A DNA stretch of 64,000 nt from Schmidtea nova (taxonomy: Eukaryota), in NCBI GenBank assembly GCA_044892505.1, contig CM097882.1:399528001-399592000 (forward strand), written 5' to 3'. The notes under the pieces are model-generated. The model did no database searches, was not told where the DNA came from, and was given only the letters and a program-made list of their open reading frames with translations. Positions 33,801 through 42,681 of the stretch are shown one piece after another. The translations under genes were made by a program, and so were the position numbers. The first letter of the stretch is position 1, and every line of letters starts with the position of its first letter.

Positions 33801-36800
33801 TGGACGAGGACGTAAAGGAATGGATAAAGAACTGTTTAACTTGTGCCACAAGAAAGGATAGTGGGAAGAAATGGAAAAATCCCTTAAAACCCATGCCGAT
33901 ACCAGCAGAACCAATGACTACCATTGCGATGGATGTAATAGGACCATTGCCAGAAAGTTTAAACGGGAATCAATATATATTGGTAATAACGGATTATTTG
34001 ACTAAATTCCCTGAGGCATTTGCGATGCCGGATCAAAAAGCAAAGACCGTAGCAAGAATTTTAGTAGAGGAAATATGTTGTCGATACGGAACCCCGAAAC
34101 AAATACTGACAGATCAAGGGACAAATTTTATGAGCGAAATATTAGATGAAGTAACAAACTACTTCAGAATAGCCAAATTACGAACGTCACCATATCATCC
34201 GCAAACCAATGGACAAACGGAAAAATTTAACGGCACATTGATTCGAATGTTATCCAATTATGTAAGCAAAAACCAAACAGATTGGGACGAATACGTAAAG
34301 CTATGTCTAATGGCATACCGAATGTCGATACACGCAGCAACAAAATTGAGTCCATTTCAATTAATGTATGGAAGGGAATGCAATATGCCAATAGATCTAG
34401 AATATCAACCACCTTTGTCTCAATATATGGAGGAAGATGATTACGTCACCAAATTCAAAGAACGAATGCAAGAGATATGGAAGACAGCAGAACTAAACAT
34501 AAAGTTTTATCAAGAAAGTTACAAGGACCTACACGATCAAAAGAAAAACGTTAAAACAAATGATCTTAAACCCGGAGATTGGGTAATGATAGAAACCCCA
34601 GAAATAATACCAGGAACCGTTAAAAAACTACAAAGACCAGGAAAAGGCCCTTACGAAGTTATATACAAAAAGGAAAACAATGTGAAGGTAAAACTTGTTA
34701 ATCGACCATTGATACGACCAATATACGTTAATACATGCAGATGTAAGAAAGTACCAAAAACAATAACCACAGCGCCAGAAGAACGAATAATAACAAGATC
34801 CCAGACAGCCAGAATAAATATGCTCAGAGCAAGCAATCAAAGCACCGAAGCTGAAAACAATCAACAGAAAAAAAGAAACAAGGAAATTGTACTAAAAGCC
34901 AGAGAAATATTGGGAAAATGGCATGTCAGAGACGATATATTAAGGGATATTCAGTCGATAATTAGTGATTACGCAAGGGGACTACCAACAAAACCAGTCA
35001 TTTCAGAACTACTGGAAAAAATTCCAGAAATACTTTCACTAGAAGACATAGGAGGACAACCAGCATTACATAACGCCATAAAATGGGGAGAAGTAGAGAG
35101 AGTAAAAGAATTTCTAAAAATCGCAAAGGAAACAAACCAACACCTTGGTTTTGGGAATAGCGAACAAGAAACACCATTAATGGTAGCAGCCATCTACACA
35201 TCGGATAAAGCAATAGTAGACCTTTTGATAAATGCCAATTTCAACTGGACGGAACGCGATAGAGAAAACAAAACAGTCTTGAATCACGCAATATGGAGCT
35301 CAAATCAGATAATGCTCAAACAAATAATCGAGAAGGCCACTTGGGAAATCGACGAACTGATCAAAGGTGATATAATCAAGGAGGCAATAAAAATCGGTAA
35401 CTGCAAAACAATACGCAAGCTAATAAAATGGAAAAGATCCGAAAATGATACATGGGTGTTAAATATAAACGAGGTATACAGTGAAGGACAAAACGCGTTA
35501 TTACGATTTCTATTAAAATTCGTTTGTGACCAGAAAACACTGTTAACGCTATTAGACAGAGGAAATATCATAATTTCCGAAAACAAAGACGAATGTAAAT
35601 TCGAAAGTGAAAAAGAAGCATTATTCAGGAAAATTAGGGAATGGTGTGCAAAATCGCTAACCAAGACGATAACTTACAAAGATATATCCAATTTTCAAGA
35701 TAAATACAAAACGGTGGAGGAAGAGTATGACAAACTAATAGACATATTAAACCACCCCGAAAAATGCAAACAATTCCTATGTCGAAAGGAAAGAGAAAGC
35801 AAAAGGAAATTTACACCACTTTTCAGCGCAGAGGTACCATATCAAGAAAGGTTGGATGCGATACAGGACAAAGCAAAAGAACTATTACCAGAATTCGAAA
35901 ATTCTAAACATACACTGGAGATACTCGGAGCAATTGTGGAAAAGGTACACTCATACGCGGAAGGAACTTACAATGAAAACGATATGACGATCATAAAAAG
36001 AGAAATGCCAGTGACTTTCTTATTAACAAAGAATGGAGTATTGCCAATACATAGAGCCTTACGAGCAGGAAAAGATAGGAGGGTAGTCGAAATTGCACGG
36101 TTAATGCAAGATTGCGGAAGTGACATGAACATGAAAGATAAAAAGGGAGATACTCTCATGATATTCGCAGCAAGAGCGAACACAAAAACCCGAGTGTTAC
36201 AGGAACTGTACGAAGCAGGTGCAGGACTCATGGGAAGAACGGACAAAGACAGCTCAATACTAGACGTAGCATTGTTAACGCACAATTGGGAGGTGATAAA
36301 TTTTATAAAAACAATCACAAATCAGGAGGAAATAGAATACCTTACAAGGACAGTTAAAAAAGCTAGCGTACATTCCATGATGCATAACGCTGAACTAACC
36401 GAAGCAATACTCAATTGGATGAACCCAAACACCAATGAACCAGCATTCAGGATCAACGAGTTCATGGAACAAGGCCAAAATTTATATATAAAGTGTGCAT
36501 TAATAATAAACAAATGGCCAAAGATAATAGACATCTTCATGAGAAGAAAAGATTTACGATTCACAAACAACCCAAAGGAAACAGAACGTACGGACAAATG
36601 GAAAGAACTAATGAAAACGTACCTTAATAATTGGATAAAAGCCAAGAAAGAGATTCTAGATTGTAAATTAACCGATAAGGAAATACCTAAGCAGGCAGTA
36701 ACACAAGAATATGAAGCAAGTATACTCACAACCATAACGTATGAAAAAATGATAGAAGCAATTAATGTCGAGGACGACATTTTCAACGACCAAAGGGGAG

Positions 36801-37198
36801 GCGACAATACAGGAAGCGACGACGATAGTACTCGAGAAAATCCAGAGGATCATGAGTTATCAGATAAAGAGGACAGTGAAGAGAAAGGAAGGGACACAGA
36901 GAAAAATGATAAGAAAAATGAATTTGGGAAACAAAGAAACAACAACTATAAAAATAAAAACGAAGCAAAAAGAACAGGCTACAAACAAACAATAAACCCA
37001 TTCTTTAAACCAGAACTATTATTACTAACGGTAATCATGACCTTAATTAGTCCAACTCAAGGAATGATATGTGAAGAAAGAGCGACAATACAAATTAGAA
37101 ACGCAAAAGGAATCGAACGAGTATGTTGGTCGAAAAAGGACAAAATCTCGGGACAAAATAGTCCAATGGATTGCAGGATCTCAGAATACGAACAATAA
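29801..37198 (+). CDS. pol: Polyprotein part 2: C-half of glycoprotein with TM, protease, RT, RNase H, integrase, two ankyrin modules, second signal peptide
   Basis: IDTGA (31415), YIDD (32630), TDASG...EALA...TDH, H..GGH...CLTC, MDVIGP/TDQG/TEKFN and GPY motifs; ankyrin motifs QPALHNA and ETPLMVAA. Same frame as parts 1 and 3. Confidence 0.96.
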   Translation: MRNTPTVLITSDADIGMRFVKGKTALKCGVAMLETNYPGIFVSKQEVPSAKRKVNKNDVKLHLYMNNKMDFLFHRGQASLQKVYYDLINNDCILNREILKTKLAVAITNPDSAMPLLPLREGHFGRVVGEVMYVYICKKTNAKVATMTKLQPGQCTNELEIEYKGKVRYVQPVTRIINPVSFEPNPFNCSNAYGPLYQKPDGNWVMFPSRTEVPAPREFELMQLSKGRKFKDVDVSNMGFYSAKDLEAARQNILFPARREAVLSSIVTITGGTNYQGGPNYELLLSPAHFKKATENMMKAMWGRFLIFGQMMAGILGVILIIQIIRVIITQMLACFDIYKREKKVNWKLVVGFLPFLAKTMVLHGHSKDIHRIKRLLKILARMKGTDEEVGRKFKKIMNNEQARQQLKKERQGLWERMKGYRTQDDSSDDDDDDNEGGQVYKNQAPQYVEKNPAEMWKCYAPPPTMYQEPTPGMRQNTMQMMPMTNIYPMIPEDYRTRRCRSVDPQGDSHTIAVMSSNTGPVLTTTIEINGREIEAMIDTGANISAIDIKWIPQEQRRDIERTNVHVIACSKEVVEVAGRWWVKIKHQNTEIETYVAVIPALNVPCIIGTDLMPALFKEIVIDLGTMRLKDRTGQICAIEAKVTSSKQIIVPARREKICFVKIDPTIEGDMIFEPSKRFEKRKSLPMARGLVSANDNGEIPINVINFDEEDKIIYENERLGKLTPMIDIKIPIREGEKDEEPTWNIDSQLLNEDQKKQLERLLIEYKDIFAASDLDLGTCDVTLHTIPLTDETPIALRPYKLAEAQKSVAEAEVQKMLDAEVIEPSCSPWQFPVVMVKKKDGTQRFCIDYQRLNAVTKRDTYPLPDINEMLLTLQGAAYFTSLDLKSGYWQIKMKEEDKEKTAFTIRRDLYQFRKMPFGLTNAPASFQRCMNFVTHGIKQCMVYIDDLLIYSSTFEQHIQDIRDVFVRLRQWKLKLKPSKCDWAKEKVTFLGHIVSAKGKEPDPRNIDKVKECPVPKTITQIQEFLGLCGYYRKFIKDYAGIAKPIQELVMKDVSFIWGSEQQTAFETLRDKLITAPILVHPDFKKPFLLATDASGYAAGAVLGQYDDEGKERVIGYYSRTFKKHEKNYSVTEREALAIILAIKHFKYLLWGHVICITTDHQPLVWLGQHKETSSRLMRWAMQLQEYSPDIKFKSGKANANADCMSRLTFPELTDPEVQRICIVIAEDLDFSELKKDQQEDKELRPIIEFLSSRNMDVFKDNAELKEHMRKYQHRYTIEKGWLLIQDGEKRLMCLPSNRRKEIITQYHDGKLGGHMSDKKTLDRMRQNYYWPTMDEDVKEWIKNCLTCATRKDSGKKWKNPLKPMPIPAEPMTTIAMDVIGPLPESLNGNQYILVITDYLTKFPEAFAMPDQKAKTVARILVEEICCRYGTPKQILTDQGTNFMSEILDEVTNYFRIAKLRTSPYHPQTNGQTEKFNGTLIRMLSNYVSKNQTDWDEYVKLCLMAYRMSIHAATKLSPFQLMYGRECNMPIDLEYQPPLSQYMEEDDYVTKFKERMQEIWKTAELNIKFYQESYKDLHDQKKNVKTNDLKPGDWVMIETPEIIPGTVKKLQRPGKGPYEVIYKKENNVKVKLVNRPLIRPIYVNTCRCKKVPKTITTAPEERIITRSQTARINMLRASNQSTEAENNQQKKRNKEIVLKAREILGKWHVRDDILRDIQSIISDYARGLPTKPVISELLEKIPEILSLEDIGGQPALHNAIKWGEVERVKEFLKIAKETNQHLGFGNSEQETPLMVAAIYTSDKAIVDLLINANFNWTERDRENKTVLNHAIWSSNQIMLKQIIEKATWEIDELIKGDIIKEAIKIGNCKTIRKLIKWKRSENDTWVLNINEVYSEGQNALLRFLLKFVCDQKTLLTLLDRGNIIISENKDECKFESEKEALFRKIREWCAKSLTKTITYKDISNFQDKYKTVEEEYDKLIDILNHPEKCKQFLCRKERESKRKFTPLFSAEVPYQERLDAIQDKAKELLPEFENSKHTLEILGAIVEKVHSYAEGTYNENDMTIIKREMPVTFLLTKNGVLPIHRALRAGKDRRVVEIARLMQDCGSDMNMKDKKGDTLMIFAARANTKTRVLQELYEAGAGLMGRTDKDSSILDVALLTHNWEVINFIKTITNQEEIEYLTRTVKKASVHSMMHNAELTEAILNWMNPNTNEPAFRINEFMEQGQNLYIKCALIINKWPKIIDIFMRRKDLRFTNNPKETERTDKWKELMKTYLNNWIKAKKEILDCKLTDKEIPKQAVTQEYEASILTTITYEKMIEAINVEDDIFNDQRGGDNTGSDDDSTRENPEDHELSDKEDSEEKGRDTEKNDKKNEFGKQRNNNYKNKNEAKRTGYKQTINPFFKPELLLLTVIMTLISPTQGMICEERATIQIRNAKGIERVCWSKKDKISGQNSPMDCRISEYEQ

Positions 37199-37240
37199 AT
37201 CATAGAGATCGATGACTTAAAGCTAGATACTTGGTACAGA

Positions 37241-38959
37241 ATGTGCACCGTTCGGAAACCAAAGGATCCGAGGGCACATAAGACAATTGCATGTGCAAAT
37301 TACCTAACACCCAAAGTAACCATAACAGTACAGCAGTCATCCAAAGGAGACTACGTCGTAGGAAAGTGCGGAAGAACAGAGACACAAGGAACAAAAAACA
37401 AGAAACCCCAGACAATAGACAGACGAACAACGCCAACTATACGAATTACCATAGACAAGCCCGAAGTAAGAGTAACCACAAACGAAACCGAAAGAGTGAC
37501 CTACCAAACAGAACTACTATGTTTAGCACTCATATTAACAATGTTAAAACGGTTAGAAGAAGGGATAGACATTGAGACAATGGCAGTAACAGAGATGAAC
37601 GACACCCAAAATACCAACCCAAAGTGTTGGGCCAGAAACAACGAAGAAATTGGCATAAGCGAAATAAAGAGGAGTCAGAAAAGGAAAACAAATAAAGTAA
37701 CCAAGATATCAAGAGTAAAAGCAGACAGGAGGTATGAATTATGTTTACTAGAAAAGGAAAGACACAAGAAAGGAACGACAATTTGTAAAACATTTCAAAC
37801 CGGGGAAGCAATAAAGTTCATAAGAAGAAGAAGAAGAAATATACGCACCAAACGGAGAACAACTATAATGTTAGAGTTAACCGGAATAGAACCGGACGTC
37901 AAAGGCGTATGCTGGAAGAAGCAGGAAAAGAAAACAAACCAGAATACACCGCCGCAATGTCGAACAAACAAAGGAACAACCACACTACAGATAGAAGGAT
38001 TAGAAAGTAATCAAACGTACGAAATATGCCTGATTAGGAAAAGCGACAAAATAACAGTAAATGAACTGGAATGCAAAATATATAAAACACCCACCAGAAC
38101 AAGAGTTGGAAAGACAACGCGAAAAAGCAGAAGAAGACAACGGAACAAAGGAAAAGCGAGGTATACCACTACCTTTAAACCTAATGGACAACAGAAAAAC
38201 CAAGAAATACAAATAAAAACCGAAAAGAATACTACAACAACTCTTATACTATGGAGAATAGACAATAAAACGTTAGAAATATGTTGGGCAGTAGTTCAGG
38301 AACAAAAAGAAAGACAGCCACGATACTGCGAAAACGTAAAAGGAAAAGAAGAAATGAGTATCAAAAATCTGAAATTTAATAGAGAATACGAGATATGTGC
38401 GGTAGAAAAGACGGACATATTGGGAAATCAGCAGGAAAGATGCGAAACGTACTACACACCGGTAAACTCAACGTCCAAAGGGAAAGTGAGAAAGCTCGAA
38501 TTTAAAGAATTAAGTCAGACAACGGAACAAATGGACGCAGAACAAGTAGTAATAGACCCTTACGCAAGATGGACGCCGGAAGAAGTAATTAAAGAAGTTA
38601 AAAGAAAACAACAAGAACGAGAACAATTACTAAATAAACTAAAGGGACAGTACGGACCAATGATTAACCACAGTGAAAGTACAAAGATAAACACAAACAA
38701 ACAAGTTAGAGAACTAATTGGTCTAGGAATACTAGCAGCAACTATTCCAGTAATAACAGTGTTATTAATAATATGGATATACGATGTACTCAACAAGAAA
38801 CCAATAACACATTGGCCAGATATAAAAATTATGAACTACAGAATAGAATTACCGGAAGAAGTACAGAAAGAATTTCAAAGGAGGACGAAAGGTAAAGAAT
38901 TTTGGAGACAAATAGAAGATGAAGAGCGGTACGAAGGAAAGACAGTGATGGTGATATAG
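37241..38959 (+). CDS. Polyprotein part 3: Cys-containing fibronectin-type-III-like repeats with C-terminal TM helix
   Basis: Repeated CW...C...I..L....YE(I/L)C units (IEGLESNQTYEIC, IKNLKFNREYEIC, ISRVKADRRYELC) and TM LIGLGILAATIPVITVLLIIWIY. In frame with part 2 across one TAA. Confidence 0.78.
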   Translation: MCTVRKPKDPRAHKTIACANYLTPKVTITVQQSSKGDYVVGKCGRTETQGTKNKKPQTIDRRTTPTIRITIDKPEVRVTTNETERVTYQTELLCLALILTMLKRLEEGIDIETMAVTEMNDTQNTNPKCWARNNEEIGISEIKRSQKRKTNKVTKISRVKADRRYELCLLEKERHKKGTTICKTFQTGEAIKFIRRRRRNIRTKRRTTIMLELTGIEPDVKGVCWKKQEKKTNQNTPPQCRTNKGTTTLQIEGLESNQTYEICLIRKSDKITVNELECKIYKTPTRTRVGKTTRKSRRRQRNKGKARYTTTFKPNGQQKNQEIQIKTEKNTTTTLILWRIDNKTLEICWAVVQEQKERQPRYCENVKGKEEMSIKNLKFNREYEICAVEKTDILGNQQERCETYYTPVNSTSKGKVRKLEFKELSQTTEQMDAEQVVIDPYARWTPEEVIKEVKRKQQEREQLLNKLKGQYGPMINHSESTKINTNKQVRELIGLGILAATIPVITVLLIIWIYDVLNKKPITHWPDIKIMNYRIELPEEVQKEFQRRTKGKEFWRQIEDEERYEGKTVMVI

Positions 38960-39084
38960 GAGGCGGGATATGACTGTAAATAATAGTGTAAATAACAATG
39001 CATTACCGTAATAGTATGGGTATCGATATTATAAAAATATAAAAAGAGAAATCGAGAAAACGATTAATGTATATAATTTAGAAA

Positions 39085-39441
39085 ATGAACGAACAGGAAG
39101 AAATAGCAGAAACTACTATGGCTATGCGATGGAAAGCCCAGTGTGACATGTTAATACGAACAATCAACTCACTACAAAATCAGTTAATTGAGAAACAGAA
39201 TTTGTTATCCGAAAGTTATAATAATAGTTTTGAACAACTCCACAGAATCGAGGAGCAACAGAGATTGATAACGCAACTTACCAGAGAGAATCAAGTGATG
39301 AGCGACATAAATCAGAGGCAAGCAATAGAGATAGACCGTTTAACAATGGGAGAGACAGAAGAAGCAGAGGATGGATGGACAAATTGGGCAATAAACAGAT
39401 CAGAAAATGACCCAGAACCAGATTCAACAAACGAGCCGTAG
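39085..39441 (+). CDS. Accessory coiled-coil protein, 118 aa
   Basis: Heptad-rich Q/E/L sequence, tttag before the ATG, AATAAA after the stop. Confidence 0.7.
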   Translation: MNEQEEIAETTMAMRWKAQCDMLIRTINSLQNQLIEKQNLLSESYNNSFEQLHRIEEQQRLITQLTRENQVMSDINQRQAIEIDRLTMGETEEAEDGWTNWAINRSENDPEPDSTNEP

Positions 39442-39532
39442 ATAAATAAAGCGAAAAATTGTAAATATGTAAAAACAAAAACAAGAAAAATCAAAAAATA
39501 GATAACAAATCAAGTGTTTATATCATTGTAGA

Positions 39533-40915
39533 ATGAATACAGAAGGAAAAGCCGAAGAGCGGATAATCGAAATTTTGAGAGCCGAGAACAGGAAATGGAG
39601 TCAGAGACTCACTTGTGTAAATTGTAAAAACATAATATTGAAACCAAGACAAACCCTATGCGGATGCAGAGTATGTACCAAATGCATACACGAGTTAAGT
39701 ATGAAAAGACCACCAGAATGTCCAGAATGCAAAGAAGGACAAATAAAATTCGAAGAAACCGGACCAGATAGAGCAACTCAGAGAGAAATCATGAACACGA
39801 AAACCGAATGTATAAATCAACCATGTATATGGCAAGGACAAATACGCGATCTCGAGAACCATCTGGAGAACTGCGAGGAGAAGAGAATTGAATGTAACAA
39901 ATGCCAACAAAAAATAACTATAAAGAATAAAGAGCAGCACAAAGATGAATGTAAAGAAGATGAAAGTCTATGCGAATATTGTGGAACTCGAGAAACGAGG
40001 AGAAAGATCGAAGAAGAACACCTGAATGTAAAAGAGGAGAAAGTATGTAGACAATATAAAGGAATATGTTCAAACGAATGCGAGATAACGGTAGAAGTAA
40101 AATTACAAGAACATTGGAAAGTGTGCACGGAGAAACCAAGGGAATGTCCTTATAACAAACAGGGATGTATGGAGAAAAGAACGCAACAAACCATGAAACA
40201 ACATCTGGAGGAAGCATTACTAAAGCATGTGGAAATGACAAACGAAGCAACAAAAGAAACCGAACAAACGATCAAAAAATTAGAAAGAGAAATAGAGTCA
40301 CACAAGATAATGGTAAACCTACTGTTGGAAACCAGAGAGCAATTCGAACTAACACGAGAAAAGATGGAGAAAAAGATAAAAGCTATCGAAGAATTGGCTA
40401 AAGGAATGAAAATCCAGTACAACAAACTCACACAGGATACCGAGGAAAAGCTACCAATAGCACCATATGTGTGGAAAGTGACAGATTTTAGAGACAAATT
40501 AACAGAGGCCCGAAACATGACGAAAACAGCAGTAATAAGCCCACCATTTTATTTATGGAGAAACGGAGCTAAAGTGAGATTGAAGCTATACCCAAATGGA
40601 GACGGAAGAGGACGGGGAACACATGTGTCAATATTTTTCTCGCTAGGTAAAGGAGAATACGACGACCTAGTAGAATGGCCCTTGAAAGTAGGAGTCATTA
40701 TAAGAATCAGAAGTGTAACAAAACCAGTGGAAAAATTCTTTGAGACGGAGAAACATGCGAGCACGAGCGAGAAACCAACCACAGAATGTGGATTAGCAGC
40801 GGGAGAACCGATGTTTATAACGAAAGAAAGCCTATGGGAACGATTATATGCAGACACCTTATACATAGAAATGGAAAGGAATGAGAAAGCAGATAGAAAA
40901 GGATGGTTGACGTAA
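39533..40915 (+). CDS. TRAF: TRAF-family protein (RING, TRAF zinc fingers, coiled coil, MATH)
   Basis: CVNCKNII..PRQTLCGCRVCTKC...CPEC RING; CPYNKQGC...MKQHL finger; MATH signature WKVTDF...SPPFY...LYPNGDGRGRGTHVSIFF...GEYDDLVEWP. Confidence 0.95.
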   Translation: MNTEGKAEERIIEILRAENRKWSQRLTCVNCKNIILKPRQTLCGCRVCTKCIHELSMKRPPECPECKEGQIKFEETGPDRATQREIMNTKTECINQPCIWQGQIRDLENHLENCEEKRIECNKCQQKITIKNKEQHKDECKEDESLCEYCGTRETRRKIEEEHLNVKEEKVCRQYKGICSNECEITVEVKLQEHWKVCTEKPRECPYNKQGCMEKRTQQTMKQHLEEALLKHVEMTNEATKETEQTIKKLEREIESHKIMVNLLLETREQFELTREKMEKKIKAIEELAKGMKIQYNKLTQDTEEKLPIAPYVWKVTDFRDKLTEARNMTKTAVISPPFYLWRNGAKVRLKLYPNGDGRGRGTHVSIFFSLGKGEYDDLVEWPLKVGVIIRIRSVTKPVEKFFETEKHASTSEKPTTECGLAAGEPMFITKESLWERLYADTLYIEMERNEKADRKGWLT

Positions 40916-41033
40916 CAAGAGAAGTGATCATGTAAATAATATGTACAGTTAAATACCCAAAAATTATTATATAAACAAAAATAACTGATATATAAACCGA
41001 TTAAAAAAATTTTTTTTTTCTGAAATTATAGCA

Positions 41034-42095
41034 ATGGGAAATATCGAAGTATGCTTACAGGAAATTACGATGCATCAAGCAGAAGCGATTTGCGATCATC
41101 TAGAACAGATTGAAATATGGGTCAATGCATATTATGGAAAGCAAGAGGAGATAGAGAGACAAGCCGAATTATTAAAAGAAGCGGAAAGATCAAGTCAAAG
41201 AAGTCGAGAAAAAATAGAAGAAGTATACAAAATGCTACAACAACAAAAGGAATATTACCAGGGAATGATGAAAGAGCGACGAGAGGAAAGAGACAGACAG
41301 CAGATGGAAGCTGAACACAAGATGTATTCGATTACAGAACAAGCAAGATACTGGAAGAAAGAAGCGAAAGAATCTTACGAAAAAGCTAGAGAAATAATAG
41401 AAAGGACAGCTTATAGTGATGACTGGAAATTATATAAAGAAATCGACGAATTAAAAGACGAGTTAGAACAGAAAATCCACCAAGAAGTGTTGAATAAGAG
41501 ATGGAATACAAAGAGACAGCAATTTATCCGGGAACAAGCAAAGAAAATTAAAGGACTCACCTATCAAGTTCAAAGAATGGGAGAAGAACTAGCTAATCAA
41601 GAACAACTGAAAATTATGCTCACCGGAATATGGAATCAGAAAGAAGAAGAGATGAAGAGAGATATAAATGGTTATCAAGGAGTGATTACCCAGAAGAAAA
41701 TAGAGCTAAAAAGAACCAGAGAAAGGTTAAAGGAAGAGAAACAAAGTTATGAGGAAAATTTAACGAATTTGATGAAAGAAAACGAAGAATTGAAACAGAA
41801 ACGAGTAACAGTATCAGTAATACCCAAAGAAGCAAGTATAACGGCAGCCGTAACAAAAATGATGAAAGAAGACGAACAAAAGACAAAAGCAATCGAATTA
41901 GAGAAGCAAATAGAAACATTAACAGAACAAGCAAATTACCTAGAATATTTGCTGGACGAGGAGATCCAGATATCTCACATGTATCGAGATGAAGTCGAAA
42001 TGTGGAGGAGCAGGGTTGTTTGGATACCACTCCCCACGAACCAGGTAGAGCCTCAGGACGAAGGTTTCTACGAACCAAACGAGACGATTGTGTAA
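41034..42095 (+). CDS. Accessory long coiled-coil protein, 353 aa
   Basis: Intact E/K/Q-rich helical ORF, ttatag before the ATG, AATAAA overlapping the stop. Confidence 0.8.
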   Translation: MGNIEVCLQEITMHQAEAICDHLEQIEIWVNAYYGKQEEIERQAELLKEAERSSQRSREKIEEVYKMLQQQKEYYQGMMKERREERDRQQMEAEHKMYSITEQARYWKKEAKESYEKAREIIERTAYSDDWKLYKEIDELKDELEQKIHQEVLNKRWNTKRQQFIREQAKKIKGLTYQVQRMGEELANQEQLKIMLTGIWNQKEEEMKRDINGYQGVITQKKIELKRTRERLKEEKQSYEENLTNLMKENEELKQKRVTVSVIPKEASITAAVTKMMKEDEQKTKAIELEKQIETLTEQANYLEYLLDEEIQISHMYRDEVEMWRSRVVWIPLPTNQVEPQDEGFYEPNETIV

Positions 42096-42177
42096 ATAAA
42101 GCGGAAAATATATTTTTGTAAATAATTGTATGAAATGTAGTGTCAAATTGTATTGACCTATCTGTAAAGAAAACAGT

Positions 42178-42681
42178 ATGAAAAAGCTCAGAATACCGAT
42201 ATTCATATACCTAATAACAATCACCCTACAAAGAGAAGATCTTCAACTCACAGAGAAGGAGCTACGAGCCCTACCCGAGAAAACCTATCAAGAGCTAGAT
42301 AAACTAATCAGCGAAGCAACACAAGAAATCACCCAACTTCAACAGATAACATTAGACAACCCAAATGACGAAAAATTTCAACAGACCCTATATGAACATC
42401 GAATCAAATTGAAAACAATCAGAAAAACCCTAAAAGAAGGTCGAGAACCCATAAAAAGCTTAGCCCAAGCAGAGATAGAATATCAAGAAAAATGGATCAT
42501 CGCAATTATAATAATCCTTGCACTCAGCGTGACCATTATCGCGATCACAATCCTCATAACATCATACCGAGTGAAGATCCTAAAACAAAAACAAGTCATC
42601 CTGAATCGAACAACAATACAAGACATCAGAACCCAAAAGCGAATGAGAAAACACCTAAACCGAATCCAAAGCCACTACTAA
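42178..42681 (+). CDS. Accessory small type-I membrane protein, 167 aa
   Basis: Signal-like MKKLRIPIFIYLITITL, helical ectodomain, TM WIIAIIIILALSVTIIAITILI, basic tail. Confidence 0.75.
   Translation: MKKLRIPIFIYLITITLQREDLQLTEKELRALPEKTYQELDKLISEATQEITQLQQITLDNPNDEKFQQTLYEHRIKLKTIRKTLKEGREPIKSLAQAEIEYQEKWIIAIIIILALSVTIIAITILITSYRVKILKQKQVILNRTTIQDIRTQKRMRKHLNRIQSHY

Noticed and set aside
23728-42224. Dozens of short minus-strand ORFs rich in F, L, S and I
   Set aside because: Antisense shadows of the A-rich coding strand with no motifs.
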